Part shown: piece after piece, positions 18,283 to 27,720 of the stretch
Layout of the letters: every line of letters starts with the position of its first letter
Numbering within the stretch: position 1 is the first letter of the stretch
Assembly (NCBI GenBank): GCA_048885925.1
Contig: JBHLLG010000024.1
Coordinates: 1 to 40,733 of the forward strand
Length of the DNA: 40,733 nucleotides
Origin: Candidatus Hermodarchaeota archaeon
GTDB taxonomy: Archaea > Asgardarchaeota > Lokiarchaeia > Sigyniarchaeales > SOKP01
Direction of reading: 5' to 3'
Made by a program: the position numbers and the translations under genes
Notes under the pieces: generated by a model
What the model was told of the DNA's origin: nothing
What the model saw: only the letters and a program-made list of their open reading frames with translations
Databases searched by the model: none

Positions 18283-18918
18283 TTAAACTCCAAAAATTTG
18301 TCTTAGTTCATTATAAATTTTCGATAATTCGGAGATTATTTGAGCGTTATTTTGTTGAAGATAATAATTAATATATCCCGCTAAACCTTCACTATCTTTA
18401 ATCCAGTCTAAAAATGATTGAATTTCACCTTTTAAGTTAGGATCCACACTTATTCCAGAACTTGTTGGAGACGAAACTCCTACAGATGCGGCTCCACCTA
18501 TCTGAGATGCCTTTTGACCAAAACCTGCGCTTGAGTCAGCATAAGGTGACTTCGAGCTCATTGTCCCTACTGCTCTTTGAACATCCATTGCAGCACCCAA
18601 ACCGTATCCATCGGGATCCATATATGCAATTAATTTATGTTCATCATCTTTTGCAGCTACTATATATCCTTCGCCTTTATAAGACATAGCTACTAATCGT
18701 TCAGCTTCCATTTGTAATATAGAATACTTAACTCCTGATACCATGATGAATTGGGCATTTTGACCGATCCAACTTGATATAACCCTATCAATATCTGCAC
18801 TAATATCCCAATTGTCTGTTGAATAAATAATTTCTTTACCTCTAACTACTGCAGCCGCAATAATATGGGGATCATTTTGCATTAAATTATAAACAGCGGT
18901 TTGTGGTTCTACGGGCAT
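18283..18918 (-). CDS. Asgard (Loki-type) profilin with a ~90-aa C-terminal extension
   Basis: IIAAAVV...IIYSTDNWDIS...SSW....I.VSGVKYSILQ...ERLVA....G.G.IV.AK......AY..PDG matches the Loki profilin pattern. It is followed by an S/G/A linker and a helical tail. Confidence 0.82.
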   Translation of the reverse strand: MPVEPQTAVYNLMQNDPHIIAAAVVRGKEIIYSTDNWDISADIDRVISSWIGQNAQFIMVSGVKYSILQMEAERLVAMSYKGEGYIVAAKDDEHKLIAYMDPDGYGLGAAMDVQRAVGTMSSKSPYADSSAGFGQKASQIGGAASVGVSSPTSSGISVDPNLKGEIQSFLDWIKDSEGLAGYINYYLQQNNAQIISELSKIYNELRQIFGV

Positions 18919-18925
18919 TTATTTT

Positions 18926-18931
18926 CCTCCT
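18926..18931 (-). promoter_or_regulatory. Shine-Dalgarno site of the profilin gene
   Basis: AGGAGG 7 nt upstream of the ATG at 18918. Confidence 0.7.
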
Positions 18932-19030
18932 TCTTTTGGTATTTTAAATTTAAAATAAATCTAAAGTCATTAAATGATGTTATAAAATAATTATATACTA
19001 ATTTATTAAAAATTTATCGATATCTTAATT

Positions 19031-19504
19031 TTAATTGATTTTTTTATTTTTTTTTATATTAATTTTACCAAATGCGGGGTAATCATAGGATTTCAGATGA
19101 TTCGAATCTTTTAATTTAACTTCCTTAAGATTATTTTCAAATAATAATTTATTATTAATGAAAAGCTTATGATAGATATCTGTTTTTTTCAAGTTCTCTA
19201 AATGATCATTTAAACTTTTAATATCTTTAAATAATTTTCCACACACAGGGCAACTAGGAGACTGTTTTTGCAAAATTCTTGTTGATTTTATAACAATACT
19301 TTGAATAGATTTTTTTATAGTAAATGTCTCCTTATAATGTCGACAAAGATGTCGCACCAATTTTCCATAAGGTGGATATTCAAAAAAAACCTTACATCCG
19401 TGAGTACATTCCCAATATAATATTTTAGCATTACACTTTGGGCATTCTGATTGAAAAGAACGAAGATAGCAATGTTTCCCATGAGGCTTATAATAATGTC
19501 GCAT
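19031..19504 (-). CDS. Zinc-finger protein (N-terminal Cys cluster plus C2H2-like finger)
   Basis: CPKC....YWECTHGC..FF and CPVCGKLF....SL.DH motifs. Confidence 0.7.
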   Translation of the reverse strand: MRHYYKPHGKHCYLRSFQSECPKCNAKILYWECTHGCKVFFEYPPYGKLVRHLCRHYKETFTIKKSIQSIVIKSTRILQKQSPSCPVCGKLFKDIKSLNDHLENLKKTDIYHKLFINNKLLFENNLKEVKLKDSNHLKSYDYPAFGKINIKKNKKIN

Positions 19505-19672
19505 TATATTAAATATATGAATGAACTTATTAAAATTTTTTGATCTAATCCTATATTCAAAAATTGTAACTTGAGTTTATTATTAATGGATAAATCCTCA
19601 AAACGCAAACATTTAAATGTGTAAAACTAATTATGAAAATTAAAGAAGAGAATTTTTTAAGGGTAGGCGTTA

Positions 19673-20602
19673 TTGGATCTTTCATTTTCTCAAAAAAATT
19701 TCAATTTATGTCCAGAATGTGGTAATAAAAATTTGTTATCAGATGAATCTCGCGGGGAGATAGTTTGTAATGTATGTGGTTTAGTGTTAAGTCAAAGAAT
19801 TATAGATACAGGTCCTGAATGGCGTGCTTTTACCTCTGAAGAAGCAAGTAAAAAAGTTAGAGTAGGTGCTCCAACAACTTTAACACTCCATGATAAAGGT
19901 TTGAGTACTATGATAGGCTGGAAAAATAAAGATGCCTTTGGAAAGACCATAAGCCCAAAAATGAAGGCAGAAGTGTATCGATTAAGGAAATGGCATGTTA
20001 GAACCCGGACTAACAAATCTATAGATAGAAATTTAGCCTATGCAATGAATGAATTAGATAGATTCTCCTCTCAGTTAAACCTCTCTAAAGATTTGAAAGA
20101 ATCTGCTGCACATATTTACAGAAAGATGGCTAATAAGAACTTAATCAGAGGAAGATCTATTGAGGCTATGTTGATTGCATCGATTTACTTATCTTGTAGA
20201 CTAAATAGTATTCCTAAAACATTAGATGATTTTATTGAATTTGCATCAGTGGATAAAAAAAAAGTTGCTCGATGTTATAGGTTAATTCTTAATGAGCTTA
20301 AATTAAATATTAAAGTATCCTCACCAATCACTTTTATTCCAAGATTTTGTGCTGAATTAAAACTCTCTGGAAAAACTCAAAATAGGGCTGCGTCAATTTT
20401 AAAGCTAGCAAAAAAATATCGTATTACTGCGGGAAAGGCACCAACTGGTCTCGCTGGTGCAGCTTTATATGTTGCTGCTATTCAGGAAGGAGAACGCCGT
20501 ACCCAGAAAGAAATTTCATTAGCAGCAGGAGTTACGGAAGCCACTATCCGTAATCGATATAAAGAATTAATTAATCATTTGAAGTTTGAAATAAATATTT
20601 AA
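19673..20602 (+). CDS. tfb: Transcription initiation factor IIB
   Basis: CPECG..CNVCG zinc ribbon, IDTGPEWRAF B-reader, two cyclin repeats, VTEATIRNRYKEL. Confidence 0.97.
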   Translation: MDLSFSQKNFNLCPECGNKNLLSDESRGEIVCNVCGLVLSQRIIDTGPEWRAFTSEEASKKVRVGAPTTLTLHDKGLSTMIGWKNKDAFGKTISPKMKAEVYRLRKWHVRTRTNKSIDRNLAYAMNELDRFSSQLNLSKDLKESAAHIYRKMANKNLIRGRSIEAMLIASIYLSCRLNSIPKTLDDFIEFASVDKKKVARCYRLILNELKLNIKVSSPITFIPRFCAELKLSGKTQNRAASILKLAKKYRITAGKAPTGLAGAALYVAAIQEGERRTQKEISLAAGVTEATIRNRYKELINHLKFEINI

Positions 20603-20656
20603 TACAATTCTCTTCTTTACATCTTAACACAAATTATAAATTATAAAGTGCGAAAA

Positions 20657-20806
20657 TTAGCGAACCTTAATTCTTTTTATTACATCTGGGCGCTTTTTAT
20701 ATAAAATTCGAAATCCACAGTGTGAACATTTAATGCCAGGAAGTGCGCTTAATTCTTTTTTACTGACTTCCTTTCCACAACTCTTCCTAGCACATACATA
20801 TTTCAT
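20657..20806 (-). CDS. rpoP: DNA-directed RNA polymerase subunit Rpo12 (RpoP)
   Basis: Missing from the ORF track (49 aa): MKYVCARKSCGKEVSKKELSALPGIKCSHCGFRILYKKRPDVIKRIKVR*, with the classic C..CG.RILYK.R motif. Confidence 0.95.
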   Translation of the reverse strand: MKYVCARKSCGKEVSKKELSALPGIKCSHCGFRILYKKRPDVIKRIKVR

Positions 20807-20904
20807 ATTAAATTCAAATTATACATAATTAATATACTTTTCTCTTATTTCCTTTAAGATAAAATAATTTTAAAAGAATTAAGAATTAATTTAAGAATTG
20901 TATC

Positions 20905-21738
20905 TTAAATGTATAAAGATTTTCGTTTATCTTCTGAGTCAATAATTTGAAGACTATCAAGATCTTTTTCTAATTGTTCTCTTTTAATTTGAAGGTTTTT
21001 AGTAATATCATCAATATTTTCCAATGAATATTTCTTTTTAATTGGTAAAGTAAAGGATTTTTTAAGCATTTCTAAAAGAGTAATGGATGCTTTTAAATCC
21101 GTTACGTCTTCATTAATCATAGCAATATTATCTGTTTCTGCAAGGAAAACTAATCCATCAATATTAAACCTTGCTTTTGCTAATGTTGGAATCAAGCCAT
21201 TGGCTCCTATGATTACCCCCTTCTGAATTTTCTCACATATACTCTCTTTTAAATGAAATTCTAACAAATCTCGATTTGTTGAGCTTATAAAAATTTTAGG
21301 TACTTTTAAGTTTATTTTTCTACTACTTACAGGGTAGGCTCCTAAAGCTATTATTAATCTAACACCATACTGGTCAATAATTTCTGCCAGAAAATTAGAT
21401 ATTTTATATATCCCTTTCGGAGTAAGACTTTGTGCATCTGCAGTTATTAGGATTATATCTCTTAATTCATTTGGATCTTTCCAAAATAATATTTCAGCTT
21501 TAGGCGCAGATAATAGACTATCATCTACAATTGCTCCAGCGGGATAATCATCAAAAATAATATCAAGCAAATTCTTAGCATCAAGTTGTCCTATAAGAGA
21601 ATCTAATGCAAATTTACCCACATCCGCAATACCTGGCATTCCTAAAATGCAAATAGGGTGTATAAAGTCTTTCTTAGTTAAATTTTCATGTTTTATAATT
21701 CTTATTCCTTCCATGACATAAACCATATTTAATAACAA
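20905..21738 (-). CDS. PAC2-family proteasome assembly chaperone (PbaA/PbaB-like)
   Basis: GMPGIADVGK, IIALGAY and IIGANGLI motifs; C-terminal HbYX motif (L-Y-I). Confidence 0.88.
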   Translation of the reverse strand: MLLNMVYVMEGIRIIKHENLTKKDFIHPICILGMPGIADVGKFALDSLIGQLDAKNLLDIIFDDYPAGAIVDDSLLSAPKAEILFWKDPNELRDIILITADAQSLTPKGIYKISNFLAEIIDQYGVRLIIALGAYPVSSRKINLKVPKIFISSTNRDLLEFHLKESICEKIQKGVIIGANGLIPTLAKARFNIDGLVFLAETDNIAMINEDVTDLKASITLLEMLKKSFTLPIKKKYSLENIDDITKNLQIKREQLEKDLDSLQIIDSEDKRKSLYI

Positions 21739-21893
21739 ACGTCCCTAAAAATAGAGTATTTTTATTTATTTAAAAACGATGTATTATCCTAGTAGACACA
21801 AGATTTATTGTAAAACTAATATAATCATATTATCGAAAATTAATTTTAAGAATAACTCCTATTCTTTATGTTAAAAGAAAAATAATTATTAAT

Positions 21894-22490
21894 ATGGCTT
21901 TAAGATATAAATGCAAAATGTGTGGTATATGTTGTCATGAAGTTCCAGGGGATTTTGTTAAAAGAATTCCTATATATCCAAATGAAGCTGATAAACTAAT
22001 TGAGATTGCGAAAAAAAATAATATCGAATTCAAGATAATCGAAGATTTAGTGTTTCCAGATATAAAAAATAAAAAAATATTGATTTTAACATATCGAATA
22101 AGGTTAGATAATGAAGCACAAGGATGTCCCTTTTACGATCAAGTTAATGGATGTAAAGTCCATGATTCTAAACCTTTAGCTTGTCAAGCATATCCTTTAG
22201 CATTAAAACGTGTTGATGCTTTTAATTTTGAGATATCCATCGATCCTCTATGTAATTTCATAATAGATAATTATGAAGAATTAAAAAATATAGATCTGCA
22301 ACAATTGAAAGAAATATTCCTAGAGGAATATCCAAAAGCCGAAAGATTCTATCAAAAAAACAAGAAATTAATCCTTAAAATTAGAAAATTAGAGGTTACA
22401 AATAAAATACTAATACCTCGCCAAATAAAATTAGAAGAATTCAATGAATATTTAAAAAAGTGGGAACGCTTAGAGATATTTGATTCATAA
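21894..22490 (+). CDS. YkgJ-family (CxxCxxCC) cysteine-cluster protein
   Basis: CKMCGICC, CPFY....C.VH..KP..C..YP. Confidence 0.9.
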   Translation: MALRYKCKMCGICCHEVPGDFVKRIPIYPNEADKLIEIAKKNNIEFKIIEDLVFPDIKNKKILILTYRIRLDNEAQGCPFYDQVNGCKVHDSKPLACQAYPLALKRVDAFNFEISIDPLCNFIIDNYEELKNIDLQQLKEIFLEEYPKAERFYQKNKKLILKIRKLEVTNKILIPRQIKLEEFNEYLKKWERLEIFDS

Positions 22491-22509
22491 ATTCTTAAAT
22501 TGAAAAGTA

Positions 22510-22902
22510 TTAGATTTTTAATTTTAAATCCATAACAAATTCTTTAAATTTATTATCTTCTAAAATAATTTCTTTAAAATTATTAAAAGCTTCGCTTATT
22601 GTCTGGGCTACCATATGTTTACAAAAACTACGCTTTTTTTTTATGACAACACTTTTATAAAAATCCTGACATGAACAATATAATTTAGGATATATTAAGT
22701 GCTCTTGATTCTCTCCTTTTATCGCCCAGATGATCCTGTTCGAAGGTTTATATATATATTTTGTAATTCCTCTTTTTAATACATTAATTACATCTACAGA
22801 TTTTTCAGGAAAAATTTTTTCTAAAAATGCGATAAAATCTTCATCAATATTTTTTTTTTCCTTTGCTCTCAAAAAAACCTGTAATAATAAATCTTTTGAC
22901 AT
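22510..22902 (-). CDS. SWIM zinc-finger protein (Sws1/ZSWIM7-like)
   Basis: YCSCQDFY..VV......CKH SWIM motif in a 130-aa stand-alone protein. Confidence 0.82.
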   Translation of the reverse strand: MSKDLLLQVFLRAKEKKNIDEDFIAFLEKIFPEKSVDVINVLKRGITKYIYKPSNRIIWAIKGENQEHLIYPKLYCSCQDFYKSVVIKKKRSFCKHMVAQTISEAFNNFKEIILEDNKFKEFVMDLKLKI

Positions 22903-22952
22903 AGTATCTTATATATTATTATTATTCATATATAAAAAGGATCATTTAATTC

Positions 22953-24248
22953 ATGAATTCCATTTTATATCTTCCAACAAGATATTTTCCTTCAATCTCT
23001 GGAGCAGAATTTTATTTTCAAAGGATGGCAGAAATTTTAAGTAAGAGATTTAATTATAAAATCGACATTTTTACCTCAAATGCAATAGATTTTAAAGCCT
23101 TGAGGAATTCAAAGGGAAAAATAATAATGTATAATGACAATTATTTCAATCAAGTAAATAATTTAAAGATAAAAAGGTTTCCAGTAAATTACAATCTCTC
23201 AAAAATTGAAAAGCTTAAAAAGTTGAAATCTATTCCTGCGTATACATCACTTAATTTATCTGATATAAGTACATTGAAATATATAAAGAATGGACCTTAT
23301 TTGGACGGATTAATTGATTATTTATTAAAACAACCGGATCTAAAGTACGATTTAATTCATACTACCTTTTTCCCTTATTTTAATTTGATTATTAGTTTAA
23401 TTATAGGAAATTTAATTGATATACCAAAAGTTTGTACTCCTTTTTTTCATTTTTCCAATCCTAGATATTCAGAATTAGAATTAATAGATGTCCTGAAAAA
23501 ATTTGATTTAATAATTGCTTGTACAAAACTTGAAAAAAATTTTTTAATTCAAAATTATAAAATAAATCCAAATACAATTGAAGTCATTCCAATGGGTGTG
23601 GATTACGAAAAATTTGCGAACTTTCAAAAAAAATCTTCTAATTATTACTTTTTTAAGCAGAAATTCTTCAATATAAAGGAAAAATCATATAAGTTAGTAT
23701 TATTTTGCGGAAATAAGAATTATGAAAAAGGAGCAATTTCAATTTTGAAAGCAATACCTTATATTCTTGAAGAGTTTAGAAAAGTATACTTCGTATTTAT
23801 CGGACCACCCACAATGGGATTCAATAGGGAATGTTCGAAAATTCAAAAACTAGACGATGTAAAAATAATCAATTTAACACCTGATAATTTAACGGGATAT
23901 TTTGATAAGAAAAAAATATCTGCATTTAATGAAGCAGATATTTACTTAATGCCAAGTAGGAGTGATGCATATGGGATCTCCTTTCTTGAAGCTTGGGCTG
24001 CAGGAAAACCAGTTATAGGGGCGAGAATTGGAGCAACACCAGAAGTAATTCGAGAAAAAGTCGATGGATTATTAGTTGAATTTGACAATCCTGAAGATAT
24101 TGCCCAAAAGGTTATTACTCTTCTAAAAAGAAAAAGATTAAGGAAAAAACTTGGTTTAGCCGGTCAATCTAAAGTATATCAAAATCTAAATTGGAATAAT
24201 ATCGCCAATACAACCCATATTACTTATCAAAATTTAATATCTATCTAG
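22953..24248 (+). CDS. GT4-family glycosyltransferase
   Basis: YFP.ISGAE, IPMGVD and PSRSDAYGISFLEAWAAGKPVIG motifs. Confidence 0.92.
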   Translation: MNSILYLPTRYFPSISGAEFYFQRMAEILSKRFNYKIDIFTSNAIDFKALRNSKGKIIMYNDNYFNQVNNLKIKRFPVNYNLSKIEKLKKLKSIPAYTSLNLSDISTLKYIKNGPYLDGLIDYLLKQPDLKYDLIHTTFFPYFNLIISLIIGNLIDIPKVCTPFFHFSNPRYSELELIDVLKKFDLIIACTKLEKNFLIQNYKINPNTIEVIPMGVDYEKFANFQKKSSNYYFFKQKFFNIKEKSYKLVLFCGNKNYEKGAISILKAIPYILEEFRKVYFVFIGPPTMGFNRECSKIQKLDDVKIINLTPDNLTGYFDKKKISAFNEADIYLMPSRSDAYGISFLEAWAAGKPVIGARIGATPEVIREKVDGLLVEFDNPEDIAQKVITLLKRKRLRKKLGLAGQSKVYQNLNWNNIANTTHITYQNLISI

Positions 24249-24261
24249 AACTAATTAAATT

Positions 24262-25482
24262 ATGAAAGAAATCTCTGGAAACCCTTTTCTAAAAATTAAA
24301 AACGGTAATATTTTAATTGATTCTATTGCTTTTAATGATATTTTGAAGAATTTTAAAACCCCATTACTTATATTTTTAGAAAATAGAATTAGGGAAAATA
24401 TAAGAATGTTTAAAAGAATTTTTAGTTCTAAATTTGAAAATTTAGAGTGTTTATATTCATTTAAAGCAAATTTTCTCAAGGAAATTTGCGAAATTATACA
24501 ATCTGAAGGAATTGGAGCAGAAATAATTAGTCTTCCTGAACTAAAGTTAGCTTTAAGTTTGGGATTCCCTCCTGATAAAATAACAATAGGGGGTCCATAT
24601 TTATCAAAAGCACTTCTGGAATTAGCCATTAAAAATCATGTCAAAGAAATAATCATTTATAATCTGAATGATATAGAAAAGATCAACTCGATTGCCCAAA
24701 AATTGAATACAATTCAACATATTTGTATAAGAGTTAATTCCCAAAAATATAATAGTAAATTGGGCGTCAATTTGGATAAAAAAGAAGTAGAACAATTAAA
24801 AAAGATATCAAAAAGTTATCTTAACATCAAGTTATCATCAATCCTTTCTCATTATACTACTCAAATGAATGATATTGAACAATTTAAAAAAAATGTGAGA
24901 ACTTTAGATTATAGTTTGAAACTCCTATCTACTTATGATATAATTATAGATAATTTAAATCTTGGAGGCGGATTTCCAGAAGCTACTGTTATGCCTCAAA
25001 ATCGATTAGAAAATGTTGCTAAAGAAATAAAATTTGAATTGGATCAACTTGAAATTAAATATAAAAGGATTACTTTTGAACCCGGAAGATATTTTGTAGG
25101 AGACGCAGGTTTATTTATTTCAAAAATAGTAAAAGCTAGTGAAAACAGATGGATTTTTTTAAATATTGGAAATAATATTTGTCCTAAATTCGCAAAATGT
25201 TCTTTAAGATTCTATAATGCTTCACAGATTACTGAACCCCATAAATATAAAACATCAATTGCAGGAATAGTTCCTACAGATCAAGATGTATTAGCCAAAA
25301 ACTATTTTTTTACTGAAAGTCTAAGAGAAGGAGATAAAATTCTCGTTGCTAATACTGGAGCCTATTGTCTTACTTTCTCAAATAGGTTTCCATATACATT
25401 ACCGACAATAATTCTTATTAAAGACAAAACTTTTAGAACGATTTTTGATCCGAATATTGACCACGATTTTTCATTAAATTAA
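24262..25482 (+). CDS. Diaminopimelate/ornithine decarboxylase-like PLP enzyme (fold type III)
   Basis: YSFKAN (PLP lysine), SKLG, NLGGGF, EPGRYFV and GAY motifs. The usual GPxC Cys appears replaced (AGIVPTDQD). Confidence 0.8.
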   Translation: MKEISGNPFLKIKNGNILIDSIAFNDILKNFKTPLLIFLENRIRENIRMFKRIFSSKFENLECLYSFKANFLKEICEIIQSEGIGAEIISLPELKLALSLGFPPDKITIGGPYLSKALLELAIKNHVKEIIIYNLNDIEKINSIAQKLNTIQHICIRVNSQKYNSKLGVNLDKKEVEQLKKISKSYLNIKLSSILSHYTTQMNDIEQFKKNVRTLDYSLKLLSTYDIIIDNLNLGGGFPEATVMPQNRLENVAKEIKFELDQLEIKYKRITFEPGRYFVGDAGLFISKIVKASENRWIFLNIGNNICPKFAKCSLRFYNASQITEPHKYKTSIAGIVPTDQDVLAKNYFFTESLREGDKILVANTGAYCLTFSNRFPYTLPTIILIKDKTFRTIFDPNIDHDFSLN

Positions 25483-25590
25483 ATTTAATATAATATTTTT
25501 TAGTTTGAAGATATAATATTCCAATATTACATGAATTCTAATTTTTTCATTATGATTTTTTCTGTAAATTAAATTAAATTTTGACTAATA

Positions 25591-26700
25591 ATGGAATCAT
25601 TTATAAAAAATGCTCTTAATAGAGAAATAAATCGCCCACAGATTGAAAACTTCGGCTATGCAAATATTAAAATAATTGGTTGTGGTGGGGCTGGAAACAA
25701 TACAATTAATAGACTCATGAAAATAGGGATAAGAGGCGCAAAATGCGTTGCCGTTAATACGGATTGTCAACATTTAGATAGTATTGAATCGCATATAAAA
25801 ATACTAATTGGGAAAAATTTAACTAAAGGACTTGGTGCTGGAGGAAATCCTGAAATAGGAAGAGCTGCAGCTGAAGAATCTCGAGAAGATCTAACCAAAG
25901 TTTTAAGGGAATCAAACTTAGTTTTTATAACATGTGGAGAAGGTGGGGGAACTGGGACAGGAAGTGCTCCAATTATAGCAGAAATCGCTAAACTCGAGGG
26001 TTCAATTGTTGTAGGTGTAGTCACATTGCCATTTGATACTGAAATTGGAAGAATTGACAAAGCTAAAACGGGTTTAAATCAATTGAAACGATATGTTGAT
26101 ACATTAGTCGTCATAGATAACAATAGATTACTTGAAATAGCTCCAAATTTACCAATTGTAGAAGCTTTTAGTGTAGCAGATGAAGTTTTAGCAACAATGG
26201 TTAAAGGCATCACAGAAACAATTTCCTTACCTTCATTAATTAATTTAGATTTCGCTGATGTGAGAACTATTTTAAGTACTGGAGGTGTTGCTATTGTAGG
26301 TGTAGGTGAATCTAATGGAAAAGAAAATCGTGTTGAGGAAGCTATCAATGATGCCCTTAATACTCCATTGCTTGATGTAAGTATAGATGGTGCAAAAGGG
26401 GCCTTAATTCATATATGTGGGGGAAATGATATGACATTAGCAGAAGCAAATTCAGTAGCAAAAAATATTACAGAAAAGATGGATGTGAATGATTCAATGG
26501 TTATTTGGGGTGCTCGTGTTTCCGATGAATTTGATGGACTTATTAGAGTAATGCTTTTAATCACAGGTATTAAATCTCCTCAAATTTTTGGTAGTGGGTA
26601 TTCATTTAATCAATCTATTAATAACCCCAGAATTAAAAAGACTTCAAAACTAGGATTATCTGATGATATTTTTAATATAGAAGAAATTGCATTCGATTAG
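25591..26700 (+). CDS. ftsZ: Cell division protein FtsZ
   Basis: GCGGAGNN, AVNTD, GLGAGGNP, GGGTGTG and INLDFADV motifs. Confidence 0.97.
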   Translation: MESFIKNALNREINRPQIENFGYANIKIIGCGGAGNNTINRLMKIGIRGAKCVAVNTDCQHLDSIESHIKILIGKNLTKGLGAGGNPEIGRAAAEESREDLTKVLRESNLVFITCGEGGGTGTGSAPIIAEIAKLEGSIVVGVVTLPFDTEIGRIDKAKTGLNQLKRYVDTLVVIDNNRLLEIAPNLPIVEAFSVADEVLATMVKGITETISLPSLINLDFADVRTILSTGGVAIVGVGESNGKENRVEEAINDALNTPLLDVSIDGAKGALIHICGGNDMTLAEANSVAKNITEKMDVNDSMVIWGARVSDEFDGLIRVMLLITGIKSPQIFGSGYSFNQSINNPRIKKTSKLGLSDDIFNIEEIAFD

Positions 26701-26747
26701 ACAATTTTTTGATTCGCCTTTTTATACTTCTTTCTAAGAAATAATTT

Positions 26748-27116
26748 ATGGAAGATAAGTATTCACCAGAAATACAAATAGAAATAAATGAAATTTTAAA
26801 TAAAATCAATGACTGCTATAATTTTTTTGATTTAAAAATTGAATTTTATTTTGATGGTTGGGCAATATTTTTGAGAGAGAAAAATTTATATCCTCGATAT
26901 ATTATTATTTTTAAATCATATGCTAATTCCAATTATTTCATTAAAAGTTACGAAATTCACCTAAGAAATTATAAGAAAGAAGAATTTAAAGAATTGTATT
27001 CTTTAGAAAATATTAAAAACAAAGAGGCGTTGTTAAAGGAATTAAAAGAAATTATTTATGGAAAAGATTTAATAAAAAATGCTATAAAAATTTTTAATAA
27101 CACTTTTTTGAAATAA
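26748..27116 (+). CDS. Hypothetical protein
   Basis: 122-aa ATG ORF downstream of ftsZ; no motif recognised. Confidence 0.65.
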   Translation: MEDKYSPEIQIEINEILNKINDCYNFFDLKIEFYFDGWAIFLREKNLYPRYIIIFKSYANSNYFIKSYEIHLRNYKKEEFKELYSLENIKNKEALLKELKEIIYGKDLIKNAIKIFNNTFLK

Positions 27117-27119
27117 TTA

Positions 27120-27677
27120 TTACAGTTCAGGCTTATAAAGCTGCCTAAACTCTTCCTTTTTCTTTTCATTATATTTATTTTCTAAAAATCTTAAAACAAC
27201 ATTATGAGGTACTCCATTAATTAACATACTTACTGCCTTTCTTGCAATCTGTAAATTTTCATAATCTGCAATAATAGAGATCGTTTTCCCATAAACCGAT
27301 ATAAAACTTTCAGCATATCTTTCAATAGCTTTTCTCATTTCTCCATTTCTACCGATTACGCGACCTTTTAAACGTTTAATTCTTTTCTCAGATTTTCCTA
27401 AAATTGTTAATAAATTAAAAATCTCAAGATCATAATTATCTTCAATTAATTTCATAGCTTTTAAGGGATTAAAACCTCTATTTATCGCGTTTACTACTTT
27501 TTGTGCTGCAAAAATATTTAAAGGTTGGTAATTTAAATCCTCTGGATTTGATAATATCTCACAATTACCCGATTTACTATCTATATTTATCCTAACTCCT
27601 AACTTTCTTTCAATTTCATCTTTTACTTCTCCATCTTTTCCTATCAAGACTGCTATACGACTTTTACCAATTTTCAT
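27120..27677 (-). CDS. pno1: KH-domain pre-rRNA processing protein Pno1/Dim2
   Basis: LIGKDG, AINRGF.P..A, KGRVIGRNG and G.PH motifs; directly after rio1. Confidence 0.92.
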   Translation of the reverse strand: MKIGKSRIAVLIGKDGEVKDEIERKLGVRINIDSKSGNCEILSNPEDLNYQPLNIFAAQKVVNAINRGFNPLKAMKLIEDNYDLEIFNLLTILGKSEKRIKRLKGRVIGRNGEMRKAIERYAESFISVYGKTISIIADYENLQIARKAVSMLINGVPHNVVLRFLENKYNEKKKEEFRQLYKPEL

Positions 27678-27720
27678 TTTAATGTGCCATTTATGTAAAT
27701 TTTTTATATTTTATAATTAC

